A DNA stretch of 64,000 nucleotides from an uncultured Clostridia bacterium (lineage in GTDB: Bacteria > Bacillota > Clostridia > Oscillospirales > UMGS1783). The stretch covers positions 93,648 through 157,647 of the forward strand of contig CALKPL010000038.1 in assembly GCA_937991645.1 (NCBI GenBank), given 5' to 3'. A model generated the notes under the pieces. The model saw nothing but the letters and a program-made list of their open reading frames with translations, did not search any database and was not told the DNA's origin. The translations under genes were made by a program, and so were the position numbers. Each line of letters begins with the position of its first letter. The stretch's first letter is position 1. Below, in pieces: positions 54,618 through 63,917 of the stretch.

Positions 54618-55289
54618 TTATCCCATATAGTCGCCGTTGTAGGAGACCAGCACTACCCGGGACACACCCGGCATAGCCTCCAACTTGTTGACAAAGGCGC
54701 TGCTGTCCTCTTTCAGGCGGACTTCATAGTTGAGTTCAATATTGCCATTGTCCACGCTCTTACTCTTGAGATTCAGCCGCCTTACCTGGGATTTCACAAA
54801 AAGCCGTGCCTGTTCTTCAATTTCGCCGCTCTCACAATGTACCACCAGGATGTAGGGAGAATCCACCGTTTTCTTTTTGGAGAATGCAAAGAGAACCACC
54901 CCAATAAAGATGCTGCCGAATACCGCCAGCGGAATCAGTCCCGCCGCCAGCACAATGCCCACCGCAATGGCCCAGAACAGGAACGCAATATCCATGGGTT
55001 CCTTGATAGCAGTACGGAACCGGACAATGGACAGGGCGCCCACCATACCGAGAGACAACACGATATTGCTCACCACCGTCATGATCAGAAGAGTGGTGAT
55101 GAGGGACAAAGCAATCAGCGTCACGCCGAAGCTCGACGAGTACATCACGCCGCTGTAGCTTTTTTTATAAATGAAAAAGATGAATAATCCAAGCAGGAAA
55201 GCCAGAACCAGAGCAATCACCATGTCCAGCACGGAAATGCTGGCGATGTTCTCCAGAAAGCTGGATTTGAAAATATCCTGAAACGTCAT
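54618..55289 (-). CDS. DUF4956-family membrane protein
   Basis: ..LSLGMVGALSIVRFRTAIKEPMDIAFLFWAIAVGI.. is typical of DUF4956. Confidence 0.75.
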   Translation of the reverse strand: MTFQDIFKSSFLENIASISVLDMVIALVLAFLLGLFIFFIYKKSYSGVMYSSSFGVTLIALSLITTLLIMTVVSNIVLSLGMVGALSIVRFRTAIKEPMDIAFLFWAIAVGIVLAAGLIPLAVFGSIFIGVVLFAFSKKKTVDSPYILVVHCESGEIEEQARLFVKSQVRRLNLKSKSVDNGNIELNYEVRLKEDSSAFVNKLEAMPGVSRVVLVSYNGDYMG

Positions 55290-55312
55290 GGCAGCCCATC
55301 CTCCCTATTTAC

Positions 55313-56011
55313 TCAGTCAAACCGCCGGCACAGGGCGTATTTCGAACAGGCCGCGGTCTGCCTTCCGGGCACCTGTACCGCCATGCGGACAAGCTCCGGT
55401 AAAAAAGCGTCGTATTTGACTTCCAGCACCGTGCCAGGCTCCATTGCGCGTAGATAAAAAATTTTAGGATTCAAAAAATCCACATTTCCAAGGCCAGTAC
55501 GAATATTCCGGTCCAAGGTAATCCGCACGTTGCCGGGTGCATAGAGAAAGGCCTCTCGGTCGTAGCGGACGATGGTCTTCGGCCGCAGCCCTTTTCCTTT
55601 TAATTTGCTGTAAAGTTCTATAAACAGCGGTTCCCCCGAATCCAGCAAGAATTCATAGTCGCCGGAAAGCAGCTTCTTTACCTGTTCCGGCATCATCCGG
55701 GCGCTGCGCTTACCGCACAGGCCGTTTACCTTGTACTTCTTTTCCAGCCGGATAAAGGAAGTATCCATCCCATAGTACCGCAGGCGAAATTTTTCCCGCC
55801 GGGCCACCCCATCGATTTTCTCCCGCAGGGCACTGTCATAAGGAGTGTCAAAATACAGGCTGGTCACGCGGTATGTACCGTCTGGACCGACGTTATCGTC
55901 GTGGGAAAACAGCTTCCTCAGCCTTTGGGAAAGCACCAGGTCTTCCCGCAGGTTGATCTGGTGCTTCAGTTCATGCCGAAGGGAACCGTCTTTGATCGGC
56001 TCAGTCGTCAT
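55313..56011 (-). CDS. VTC-domain (polyphosphate-polymerase-like) protein
   Basis: LRHELKHQI...YRVTSLYFDTPYDSALREKIDGVARREKFRLRYY is a VTC/CYTH-like signature. The start is taken at MTTEPIKDG. The longer ORF-track N-terminus is the out-of-frame shadow of the upstream 45-bp repeats. Confidence 0.75.
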   Translation of the reverse strand: MTTEPIKDGSLRHELKHQINLREDLVLSQRLRKLFSHDDNVGPDGTYRVTSLYFDTPYDSALREKIDGVARREKFRLRYYGMDTSFIRLEKKYKVNGLCGKRSARMMPEQVKKLLSGDYEFLLDSGEPLFIELYSKLKGKGLRPKTIVRYDREAFLYAPGNVRITLDRNIRTGLGNVDFLNPKIFYLRAMEPGTVLEVKYDAFLPELVRMAVQVPGRQTAACSKYALCRRFD

Positions 56012-57116
56012 AGCCGGAGTCCCCGTCATCATCGCCACTGTAGTCGCTGCCGCCATCATCGTAATTGGTATCGCCGTAGTTGGTGTCGTTATAGTCGGTG
56101 ACGCCGTCGTTGTTGGGACCGTAGTCCGTGTCGTTGTAGTCGGTGACGCCGTCGTTATTGGGACCATAGTCCGTGTCGTTGTAATCGGTGACGCCATCGT
56201 TGTTGGGGCCGTAGTCCGTGTCGTTGTAGTCGGTGACGCCGTCGTTGTTGGGGCCGTAGTCCGTGTCGTTGTAATCGGTGACGCCGTCGTTGTTGGGGCC
56301 GTAGTCCGTGTCGTTGTAGTCGGTGACGCCGTCGTTGTTCGGACCGTAGTCCGTATCGTTGTAATTGCCGGAACCGCTGCCGGTGGTCGTAGTCCCACCC
56401 TGCGCGCCAATCGTCCGGTGCTCGGCCTTGATTACTTTTCCGGTGACTGCGTGAACGTCATATTCGTATTCGTTCCCGTTTGCAGTAAACTCCAGTTCGA
56501 AGATAGGGGTCCCGTCGTCGTGATCAAATTCCTTATCGTCAAATACTGCGTCTGCCGCATTGACGTTTGCCTGAGTCAGGGCAATTTCCTGTGCTTTCTC
56601 CAGGGTAATATAGGGAGACGGCTGTCCGTCTTGGGCATAGGCCGGATCGTAATCATCGTTGTCAATGGTTACGATGCCGGAAGAAAGGTTCAGCCCTTTC
56701 ACAGCCTCCTGCGTAGTGGCGCTCATATTCGCCAGAAAATCATCGCTGGGAAGCACCGAGCCGGGTTCAAGCTGCAGGACAATGTTCTTTTTGTTTCCAT
56801 CGATGTCATCCACAAAATAACCCGCCTCGTTGATCTCAACAATCAAATCCTGCAGGACGTCCTCACAGCTTTTGCCGATATAGTCCGTATAAACCTCCAC
56901 AATGACTTTTCCATCGTCGTTCCGGCCGGTCAGGGCAGTCACTTTGCCATCCTTGTTGTATTCAATCTGGATTTCCGGATTGACGCTAACGGTGAGAGTA
57001 CCCGTCTCCTTCAGTGCGGTTCCTTGCTGCGTCGGCGCTCCGCACGCGGTCAGAAGGACTGTAATCGCTACAGCCAGGGAAGATACCGCTGCAAAAAGTT
57101 TTCTTCTCGATTTCAT
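56001..57116 (-). CDS. Lipoprotein with PepSY domain and C-terminal acidic 15-aa repeats
   Basis: MKSRRKLFAAVSSLAVAITVLLTACG lipobox behind AAAGGAG. PepSY-like ITLEKAQEIALTQ..FELEFTANGNEYEYDVHAVTGKVIKAE. Then 7 x DYNDTDYGPNNDGVT. Confidence 0.8.
   Translation of the reverse strand: MKSRRKLFAAVSSLAVAITVLLTACGAPTQQGTALKETGTLTVSVNPEIQIEYNKDGKVTALTGRNDDGKVIVEVYTDYIGKSCEDVLQDLIVEINEAGYFVDDIDGNKKNIVLQLEPGSVLPSDDFLANMSATTQEAVKGLNLSSGIVTIDNDDYDPAYAQDGQPSPYITLEKAQEIALTQANVNAADAVFDDKEFDHDDGTPIFELEFTANGNEYEYDVHAVTGKVIKAEHRTIGAQGGTTTTGSGSGNYNDTDYGPNNDGVTDYNDTDYGPNNDGVTDYNDTDYGPNNDGVTDYNDTDYGPNNDGVTDYNDTDYGPNNDGVTDYNDTDYGPNNDGVTDYNDTNYGDTNYDDGGSDYSGDDDGDSGYDD
56076..56370. repeat. About 6.5 x 45-bp in-frame tandem repeat
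   Basis: The unit gtagtccgtgtcgttgtagtcggtgacgccgtcgttgttgggacc recurs at 56121, 56166, 56211, 56256, 56301 and 56346, with a degenerate unit at 56076. Confidence 0.9.
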
Positions 57117-57227
57117 GCTGATTGCTCCTTTCGGATTGTGTTTGAATTGTCTTTTGTTTTGCCTCACATTCATAGATTACGGGGGCGGATTCAGAAAACC
57201 GGGGTGAGCTGGAAAATCTTTCAGAAA

Positions 57228-58172
57228 TCAGTCGCCATCATCGCCATCGTCATGATTGTCATCATTATCATCGCCGTTGTAGCCGCTGTCGCCGTCGTCA
57301 TCTGCATCGTCGTCAGTGCCATTATACGGGTCATAATCGGTATTCCCGTCCGTGTAATCGGTGACTCCATCGCTGCCCGGCCCATAATCGGTGTCATTAT
57401 AATCCGTCACTCCATCATGATTGGGACCGTAATCTGTATCGTCATAATCAGTGGGGCTGGAAGACGTCGGAGGTATGACCTCAGGTCGGGACGGTTCGGA
57501 CGAAGAAGTCAGTGTGGATGCCGGCGGAGAAGCAGCCTGCTGAGAGGAATTTGACGATGCACTGCTCTCCTGGCTCTCCTGTTCCCGCCAGTCTTTATGG
57601 TTCACTATTTCAATCGTGACCGTAATCCGTCCGTCCAAATGCTTTGTCACCCCTGTACGCAGCTCCATTCCATACGCCTGGAACAGTGCGTCATCCGGGG
57701 AATCTATAGAAATAGAAACCTGGCCGCCATCCGAGAGAAAGCCCATTTCAATCGCCCGGTCAATCAGCTCATCGGCAACGGTTACCTTGTCTTTCCCTTT
57801 GCCGTCATAACCCTCCAGCAGCGCTTCCCCGTCCTCATTTGTCCCCGTGAGCCCTACAACCGTGCCCTGCCGGTTCAGGTTCATCTGTACTTCCGGATTG
57901 ATGGTCAGATAGATGGAAGAATAAGGCTCCATATAGTTCTGATAATAGCTTATGCCAAAGAACAACAGGAAACAGGCGGCGATAGCCGCAATGCCGCTAC
58001 TGATCCATCGTACAGTATGCCGCTGCTGCTTTTCCGGCGTCTCCTTCATCAGTACCGGATCATATACTGTTTGCCCGATTTCATATTGAAAATTGGCAGC
58101 CTTCAAAAAGCGCCCCTCTTCGTCCAGAAGAACCGCGTAGCCGGGGTGGCATTCCATAACAAGATAACTCAT
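57228..58172 (-). CDS. rsgI: RsgI-like anti-sigma-I factor
   Basis: N-terminus MSYLVMECHPGYAVLLDEEGRFLKAANFQYEIGQTV (RsgI N-terminal-type). One TM segment. The extracellular part is paralogous to the adjacent lipoprotein and ends in DYDDTDYGPNHDGVTDYNDTDYGPGSDGVT repeats. 4-nt overlap with the sigma gene. Confidence 0.75.
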   Translation of the reverse strand: MSYLVMECHPGYAVLLDEEGRFLKAANFQYEIGQTVYDPVLMKETPEKQQRHTVRWISSGIAAIAACFLLFFGISYYQNYMEPYSSIYLTINPEVQMNLNRQGTVVGLTGTNEDGEALLEGYDGKGKDKVTVADELIDRAIEMGFLSDGGQVSISIDSPDDALFQAYGMELRTGVTKHLDGRITVTIEIVNHKDWREQESQESSASSNSSQQAASPPASTLTSSSEPSRPEVIPPTSSSPTDYDDTDYGPNHDGVTDYNDTDYGPGSDGVTDYTDGNTDYDPYNGTDDDADDDGDSGYNGDDNDDNHDDGDDGD

Positions 58173-58891
58173 CGCGCTGCCACTCCTTTCATCACCTGTT
58201 TCAAGTGCCCGCGGATAATCTCATACCCGTTGGTATAAATCAGCAGCAGAGCAACCATATATTTGCGGTGCCGCTCCAGTGTCTTACGTTCCACTCCGCT
58301 GCCGGCTGTCAGTTGCCCAATGGGAAGCTTTTTTGTCTTTAAGAGGTCATCTAACAGTGCCGGGTTTTCCCTGGCATACTGCAGAGCCTTCCGGCAGGCG
58401 TCCAGCGTTCGCTGTTGCTTGGGACAGTTGTCCGCCACATCGCGGAGGTTGACCCCGAATTCCTTCATCTGCCGGGTCAGCTCCTCAATTTCCCAGCGGG
58501 TCGCATCCCTTGCCGTTTCATCATACGGCGCCCTTTCGTCCGCCAGTGTCTCTGCCAGAGTCGTATCGTTTTCCCCTGTTGGTGCGTCCAACGAAATAAC
58601 ACGGCTGTGCCGTTGCTCCCTTCGGCTGTAGTCGATCAGGCGGCTTCGGATCAGCATAGCGGCGTACTTCAGGAATGCGCCACGGGTACGGGAATACCCG
58701 CCGATCGCCTCATGAAAAGCAATCATGGCGATACTAAGCTCATCATCATGCCCTTCAACGGGGGGACGCTTTAGAAATTTCGCTGTTTCCGTCTTGATAA
58801 AAGGCATGTACGTACCGATCAGCCGATCTTCTGCCTTTACATCTTCTTTTGCCGCATAGACCTGCTGAACGATTTTATGCTCATCATTCAT
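58169..58891 (-). CDS. sigI: SigI-type RNA polymerase sigma factor
   Basis: ..LIGTYMPFIKTETAKFLKR..DDELSIAMIAFHEAIGGYS..GAFLKYAAMLIRSRLIDYSRRE resembles B. subtilis SigI region 2 as I recall it. Confidence 0.75.
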   Translation of the reverse strand: MNDEHKIVQQVYAAKEDVKAEDRLIGTYMPFIKTETAKFLKRPPVEGHDDELSIAMIAFHEAIGGYSRTRGAFLKYAAMLIRSRLIDYSRREQRHSRVISLDAPTGENDTTLAETLADERAPYDETARDATRWEIEELTRQMKEFGVNLRDVADNCPKQQRTLDACRKALQYARENPALLDDLLKTKKLPIGQLTAGSGVERKTLERHRKYMVALLLIYTNGYEIIRGHLKQVMKGVAAR

Positions 58892-58926
58892 GCAGCAGAA
58901 TCCCTCCTGTATACAGTATACGGTCC

Positions 58927-59130
58927 CTATTTGTCAAAACCGGGGTCGGTATAGAATGATTGATTAAAATACTCCTTTATAATATGATACGGTTCCATGT
59001 ATGAAGTCTCAACCATAGCGGAGTCAAATCTATGTAAATTCAAAGTAAAGTTGCTAGCGCAATGATTTTTTATGCTTTTTTCTGCAATTTTATAATTGCA
59101 TATGACAACCATGCCGTTCTCCCTATCCAT
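58927..59130 (-). CDS. Possible small protein (67 aa)
   Basis: ORF only. No RBS or motif noted. Confidence 0.2.
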   Translation of the reverse strand: MDRENGMVVICNYKIAEKSIKNHCASNFTLNLHRFDSAMVETSYMEPYHIIKEYFNQSFYTDPGFDK

Positions 59131-59423
59131 TCCATTGGATTTTTCTACTTGCGCTATTCAGGAGTCCCCTCATGCTAATCTGCTTTACCGGCCGAAAAAA
59201 CAAATCTTTCGACTGCTGATCAATATCGGCAAGATAGCCGTTCAACACCACTTGTCAGCAGATTTGGGCATTTGTTTTCATGGCCGATCAGGCAGGAAGT
59301 AATGCCCTGCAAAGTATATCGGATATCCGTTTTTCATCACTATAATGTCGCTTCATTCTGTAATCCTCTAAAATATGATTGATTTACCTACAACCCCAAT
59401 CATTCCCGGCTGATTACAAAAGC

Positions 59424-59472
59424 CGTAAGGGAGACAACTTCTTTACGAAGCGTCTCCCTTACGGGCCTTTTT
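59424..59472 (+). terminator. Hairpin element / intrinsic terminator (inverted copy of 24895-24928)
   Basis: ccgtaagggagac..gtctcccttacgg followed by gccttttttg. Confidence 0.55.
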
Positions 59473-59525
59473 TGCATGCAAGGGCCCAAAACGGCCGCCC
59501 AGCAGTTTTTTTGCGCGCGCATATC

Positions 59526-59554
59526 TTGCAAAAGCGCAGGCGCAACGCTATACT
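59526..59554 (+). promoter_or_regulatory. SigA-type promoter
   Basis: TTGCAA - 17 nt - TATACT, about 35 nt upstream of the lipoprotein ATG. Confidence 0.45.
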
Positions 59555-59588
59555 ATAAGCAAACAACGTGATGGAGGGAAAGACAGAA

Positions 59589-60263
59589 ATGAAACGCATT
59601 CTCGCGGCCGCCGCTGCGATCGCTCTGTTCTGCGCCCTGTTCGCCGCCTGCGGGAAGACGGAAGAGCCGGAGAGTTCGCAAAGCTCTTCGTACATATCCA
59701 GCAACAGTTCGAGCCGCAGCTCCAGCAGCTCCAGCAGTAGCAGCCGTACAAGCAGCAGTTCCAGCAGCAGCGCAAGCCAAAGTTCAAGCCAGAGCAGCAG
59801 CTCGGACTCCGAATCCGTCCCGGCGATGGGACCGATCTCCCGCCCTTATGACGGCGTGATCCCCGATGCGCTCCAGGCCCTGTTCGACAAAACTCTGCTT
59901 GAGATTTTCCCGGACGCGCCCGAACCCAGCCATATGGAAGGCGGCAGCGCGTGGTATCTGTATGACGAGAGCAACAACACCTACCTGCTGTTCAGCCCGT
60001 TCGGGGAACCGGATGAGAACTATCTGCAGGGGATCGCGGGCAATATCGGCATGCTGATGGAGGGCAGAGACAAAGTCTCCGTCGCCGATCTGAAAGCCGC
60101 CTATGGGGATCGGTTCACGGTGGAGGCGGATATGATGAACGACGGCTGGGTCGGCATTCTGAAGGCGGACGGGCTGGTCGTGTTCTTTGAAGGGCTTGTC
60201 AGCAACAGCGACGACAACATTACCCTGTTCCGAATGCGGATTGACGACAGCTTATATGGTTAA
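59589..60263 (+). CDS. Lipoprotein with poly-Ser linker
   Basis: MKRILAAAAAIALFCALFAACG lipobox. A Ser-rich tract of about 60 residues. Globular C-terminal domain of unknown function. Confidence 0.75.
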   Translation: MKRILAAAAAIALFCALFAACGKTEEPESSQSSSYISSNSSSRSSSSSSSSSRTSSSSSSSASQSSSQSSSSDSESVPAMGPISRPYDGVIPDALQALFDKTLLEIFPDAPEPSHMEGGSAWYLYDESNNTYLLFSPFGEPDENYLQGIAGNIGMLMEGRDKVSVADLKAAYGDRFTVEADMMNDGWVGILKADGLVVFFEGLVSNSDDNITLFRMRIDDSLYG

Positions 60264-60269
60264 ACTATT

Positions 60270-60341
60270 ACAGGCGGGAGTTCGACTCCCGCCTGTTTCT
60301 GCACGTCGGAGCAAGCTTTGTATCGCTTGCTCCGATTTTTT
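60270..60341 (+). terminator. Two consecutive terminator hairpins
   Basis: acaggcgggag-ttcga-ctcccgcctgt + ttct. Then tcggagcaagc-N8-gcttgctccga + tttttt. Confidence 0.7.
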
Positions 60342-60644
60342 ATAAAAATCAGAGCGCGCTTACGCCGCTGCTCCTCCTTCCTCCACAAAGCCGGCGGCTT
60401 TGCGGGGACCCCCAATATAAGCTGCATGTCGCTTGCGGCATACTTTTGCAAAAGCTGCCTGCGCGCTCACGCCGCTGCGTCTCCTCTTTCGCAAAAAGTC
60501 ACGCTCGGCTTGCCTGTTCGGTTGTAAACGCCCTCACGACGGTTCGCTGTCGCTACCAACTTTTTGCGAATTACGAGGGTTTAACGCCCACCTCCGAAAA
60601 GCCGAAAAAATCTTTTTCATGTGCCTCTCACACGCGGCGGCCTG

Positions 60645-60674
60645 TTGATTTCCGCCGCCGCGATATGCTATAAT
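60645..60674 (+). promoter_or_regulatory. SigA-type promoter
   Basis: TTGATT - 18 nt - TATAAT, 35 nt upstream of the ATG at 60709. Confidence 0.5.
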
Positions 60675-60708
60675 AAGCGCACACGACGAAAACTAAGGGG
60701 AGACGCAT

Positions 60709-61974
60709 ATGGCGGAGCAGACGCAGGACATACTGGAAGAAATCCTGCAGGAAAACGAGCGGGAGCAGCGGCTGTTTGGCTTTGACGAGGCGACCAGCGC
60801 AGCCCTGCGCGGCGTTTCCGAGACGGAAGAGGCCGCGCTGAGCGAATACGCGACAAAGAACTCCGAAGCGCTGCGTAAATTTGACCGGAAAAGCGAGTAT
60901 GACATTCTGCGCGGCCCCTTTGCCATCGACACGGACAAAATCCTGCACAATGCCCTGTACAACCGGTACATAGACAAGACACAGGTTTTCTCCTTTTATA
61001 AAAACGACGACATCACGAGACGTTCCACCCATGTACAGCTCGTCTCGCGGATTGCGCGTACGATCGGGCGGGCGCTGCGGCTCAATCTCGACCTGATCGA
61101 GGCGATCGCCGTGGGGCACGACATCGGCCATACCCCTTTCGGGCACAGGGGCGAACAATACCTGAGCGACCTGTACCTGCAAAGCGACAGGAAACGGTAC
61201 TTTCAACACAATGTGCACAGCGTGCGGGTTTTGAAAACCATGACCAGAACCAACCTCACCCTGCAGACGCTCGACGGCGTGCTGTGCCACAACGGCGAGG
61301 ACGAGTTTATCGAGTACCGACCGAGCGGACTTCGCACGTTTGAACAGTTTGAGCGCAACGTCGAACAATGCTACACGGACAAGGCCTTTATCAAAACGCT
61401 GCGGCCCAATACGCTGGAGGGCTGCGTAGTCCGAATCAGCGACATGATCGCCTACATATGGAAGGACCGGCAGGACGCAAGGAAGCTGGACCTGACAAAG
61501 GACGTCGCATTCACGCCGACTATCCTGGGCGGAAACAACATTGAGTTTTTAAACAACATCGTAGCCAATATTGTAAAAAACAGCATGAACCAAAACTGCC
61601 TGCGCATGGACCCAGAGGTATTTGAAGCGCTCAGGACGCTCAAACGCGAAAATTATGAGTTTATCTATAAAAACGAACAGGTAATGGAGCCGTACGAAAC
61701 AGTGGTCAAGCCCATGATGGAGCGCATATACCACAGGCTGTATGAGGACCTGCTTACGAGCCAATTCGACTCTCCGGTGTATCAGCACCATCTCAGCCAT
61801 TTCATCCTGGGTAAGAGTTACCGCGACGAGGAGAATCGCGTGACGGCGGACCCGGACGATATTGTCGTCGACTATATCGCGAGCATGACGGACGATTATT
61901 TTATCGATCTGTACGCGTATTTGTTTCCCGACGATCCCTTTAACCAGAAAGTGCGATATATCCCCTATTTTTAA
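60709..61974 (+). CDS. HD-domain dGTP triphosphohydrolase-like protein
   Basis: ..RRSTHVQLVSRIARTIG..LIEAIAVGHDIGHTPFGHRGE.. is the dGTPase/HD signature. Confidence 0.85.
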   Translation: MAEQTQDILEEILQENEREQRLFGFDEATSAALRGVSETEEAALSEYATKNSEALRKFDRKSEYDILRGPFAIDTDKILHNALYNRYIDKTQVFSFYKNDDITRRSTHVQLVSRIARTIGRALRLNLDLIEAIAVGHDIGHTPFGHRGEQYLSDLYLQSDRKRYFQHNVHSVRVLKTMTRTNLTLQTLDGVLCHNGEDEFIEYRPSGLRTFEQFERNVEQCYTDKAFIKTLRPNTLEGCVVRISDMIAYIWKDRQDARKLDLTKDVAFTPTILGGNNIEFLNNIVANIVKNSMNQNCLRMDPEVFEALRTLKRENYEFIYKNEQVMEPYETVVKPMMERIYHRLYEDLLTSQFDSPVYQHHLSHFILGKSYRDEENRVTADPDDIVVDYIASMTDDYFIDLYAYLFPDDPFNQKVRYIPYF

Positions 61975-62032
61975 ACACAACGCCTGCAGCCGGGCTCTGC
62001 ATACCGGCCGCAGGCGTTTTTCAGACGCGTCT

Positions 62033-62509
62033 CTAGCGGTTTTCCTTGCACGACCATTCGCTCACTTCAAGCCGCATGACCGCCGTGCGGGCGACGGCGG
62101 CGGCGTCAAAATGCCACGTCCGCTTTCCCGTACAGTGCTCCATAATCCGCGCAAGGCCGTATTCTTTCTCGCAGGGCGACTGCAAAAGCAAAAGCCGGCC
62201 CCTGCCCATGACGCTCCGGTACCGAAAGGTATTCGCGCATGCGCTCTGTCCTTCGAATAGCGCATGTCCGCAGTCCGCTTCAAAGCTCACCGTACGCTGC
62301 GCCGGCAGAAGCGACATCTTTTTCCCCTGCGTCGCGCCGTGAAAATACAGCGTCAGCGCGCCGTCTTTGTCCTCAAAACCAAAGTTCATGGGCACGATAT
62401 AGGCGGCGTCCCCATCCACAAAACCGAGGCGGCAGCAGTCGCACCGCCTTAAAACTTCCAGCATGCTTTTGTAATCCGTAATTTCCCTTTCCGTCCTTCT
62501 CATACCCAT
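62033..62509 (-). CDS. Pyridoxamine 5'-phosphate oxidase-family (flavin-binding split-barrel) protein
   Basis: MRRTEREITDYKSMLEVLRRCDCCRLGFVDGDAAYIVPMNFGF..LYFHGATQGKK pattern. Confidence 0.8.
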   Translation of the reverse strand: MGMRRTEREITDYKSMLEVLRRCDCCRLGFVDGDAAYIVPMNFGFEDKDGALTLYFHGATQGKKMSLLPAQRTVSFEADCGHALFEGQSACANTFRYRSVMGRGRLLLLQSPCEKEYGLARIMEHCTGKRTWHFDAAAVARTAVMRLEVSEWSCKENR

Positions 62510-62564
62510 CCTCCCAAGACGAAAGCGGCGGGTGGAACCCGCCGCTTTTCAGTTATTTCCAAGC

Positions 62565-63464
62565 TCAGCTCATGAGCCGGACCAGCACGGCCTTTTGCGC
62601 GTGCAGGCGGTTTTCCGCTTCGTCAAAGATCTCCTGCGCGTGCGCCTCCAGAACCTCATCGGTGATTTCCTCACCGCGGTGCGCGGGCAGGCAGTGCAAA
62701 ACCATCGCGTCCGGCTTTGCCGCGCGCATGACCGCAGCATTGACCTGGTACCCCTGAAAAGCCGCCATGCGCTGCCGGCTCTCCTCCTCCTGGCCCATGG
62801 ACGCCCACACATCGGTATATACCACGTCCGCGCCCGATACCGCTTCTTCAACGGATTCAGTGCAGACGAACGCGCCGTTCTCAGCCGCCCACCGCATGAT
62901 TTGCGCATCGGGCCGGTAATCGTTCGGACAGGCGATACTTACCGACATGCCCGTTTTGATTCCGCCGACAATCAGGGAATTGGCCATATTGTTCCCGTCG
63001 CCCACAAAGCAGAGTTTGCGGCCGGCAAGCTCCTTCTTGCGGGCACGGATCGTCATCAGGTCCGCAAGCACCTGGCAGGGGTGCGCATAGTCTGTCAGCC
63101 CGTTGATCACGGGAATGCTGCCGTACTTTGCCAAATCCTCGGCCTCTTTCTGCGCATAGGTCCGGATCATAATCCCGTGCAGGTAGCGGGACAGTACGCG
63201 CGCCGTGTCCTGCACCGGCTCGCCGCGGTCGATCTGCAGCCCGGTGCTCAAAAACAGCGCGCTGCCGCCCAGTTCATACATGCCGACTTCAAAGGAGACG
63301 CGGGTGCGTGTCGAAGCTTTGCGAAAGATCATGCCCAGCGATTTCCCCTCCAGATACCTGTGCGGTTCACCCGCATTGCGCTTGCGCTTCAATTCGTCGC
63401 CCAGATCCAGTATCTCCAGTATTTCCGCCGCAGTCAAATCCGAAAGTTTCAGCAAATGCCGCAT
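62565..63464 (-). CDS. argF: Ornithine carbamoyltransferase
   Basis: STRTR, HPCQ and HCLPAHRGEE motifs. GAAGGAGGA lies 7 nt before the ATG at 63464. Confidence 0.9.
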   Translation of the reverse strand: MRHLLKLSDLTAAEILEILDLGDELKRKRNAGEPHRYLEGKSLGMIFRKASTRTRVSFEVGMYELGGSALFLSTGLQIDRGEPVQDTARVLSRYLHGIMIRTYAQKEAEDLAKYGSIPVINGLTDYAHPCQVLADLMTIRARKKELAGRKLCFVGDGNNMANSLIVGGIKTGMSVSIACPNDYRPDAQIMRWAAENGAFVCTESVEEAVSGADVVYTDVWASMGQEEESRQRMAAFQGYQVNAAVMRAAKPDAMVLHCLPAHRGEEITDEVLEAHAQEIFDEAENRLHAQKAVLVRLMS

Positions 63465-63520
63465 GGCCCCGTCCTCCTTCATCCCGTTATTGGATGCATA
63501 TATATTCTGTATGATACCTA

Positions 63521-63572
63521 ATTATACACGGTTTTCCCGGCATGTCAAGTATATTTATGCATAAAATTGCAT
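63521..63572 (-). promoter_or_regulatory. argF promoter with adjacent ARG-box-like palindrome
   Basis: The minus strand reads ATGCAATTTTATGCAT (arms ATGCA/TGCAT), then aaatatac, then TTGACA - 16 nt - TATAAT. Confidence 0.45.
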
Positions 63573-63590
63573 TTTATCCATGTAAGCATA

Positions 63591-63914
63591 TCAGCTTTCG
63601 CGGTCCACCGTTTTCATCGGCTTTAAGTTGCCGATTTTCTCGCGCCGGCGGATCAGCACGTCCTCTATCGCGCTGAGGGGCACATTCCGCTCTGCGAGCA
63701 GCACGAGCAGATGATAGAGCAGATCACACACTTCCTCTGTCAGCGGTTCCGGTTCGGGGTTCTTGGCGGCAATGATCACCTCGCTGCACTCCTCCCCGCA
63801 TTTTTTCAGGATCTTATCCAGACCCTTTTCAAACAGATATGCGGTATATGAACCCTCGCTCGGGTTGCGTTTGCGGTCGCAGACGATCTCATACAGCTCG
63901 CGCAGCACTTCCAT
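63591..63914 (-). CDS. hisE: Phosphoribosyl-ATP pyrophosphatase
   Basis: ..[32 protein letters not shown]...[13 protein letters not shown].. is the HisE/MazG-like signature. Confidence 0.85.
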   Translation of the reverse strand: MEVLRELYEIVCDRKRNPSEGSYTAYLFEKGLDKILKKCGEECSEVIIAAKNPEPEPLTEEVCDLLYHLLVLLAERNVPLSAIEDVLIRRREKIGNLKPMKTVDRES

Positions 63915-63917
63915 AAC

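Noticed and set aside
55845-57554. 569-aa plus-strand ORF, and the TTTRTT-rich N-terminal extension of ORF 55313-56410
   Set aside because: Both are alternative-frame readings of the 45-bp acidic repeat array and of GC-rich coding DNA. The real genes are the minus-strand lipoprotein (56001-57116) and the VTC protein starting at 56011.
60270-60296. gcgggagttcgactcccgc resembling a tRNA T-arm, considered as a possible tRNA gene or att-site remnant
   Set aside because: The stem and loop geometry does not fit: 7-bp stem with a 5-nt loop, or a 5-bp stem lacking G53/C61. There is no acceptor 3' strand, CCA or D/anticodon arms, and the upstream sequence is the end of a CDS. It is better explained as the first of two terminator hairpins.
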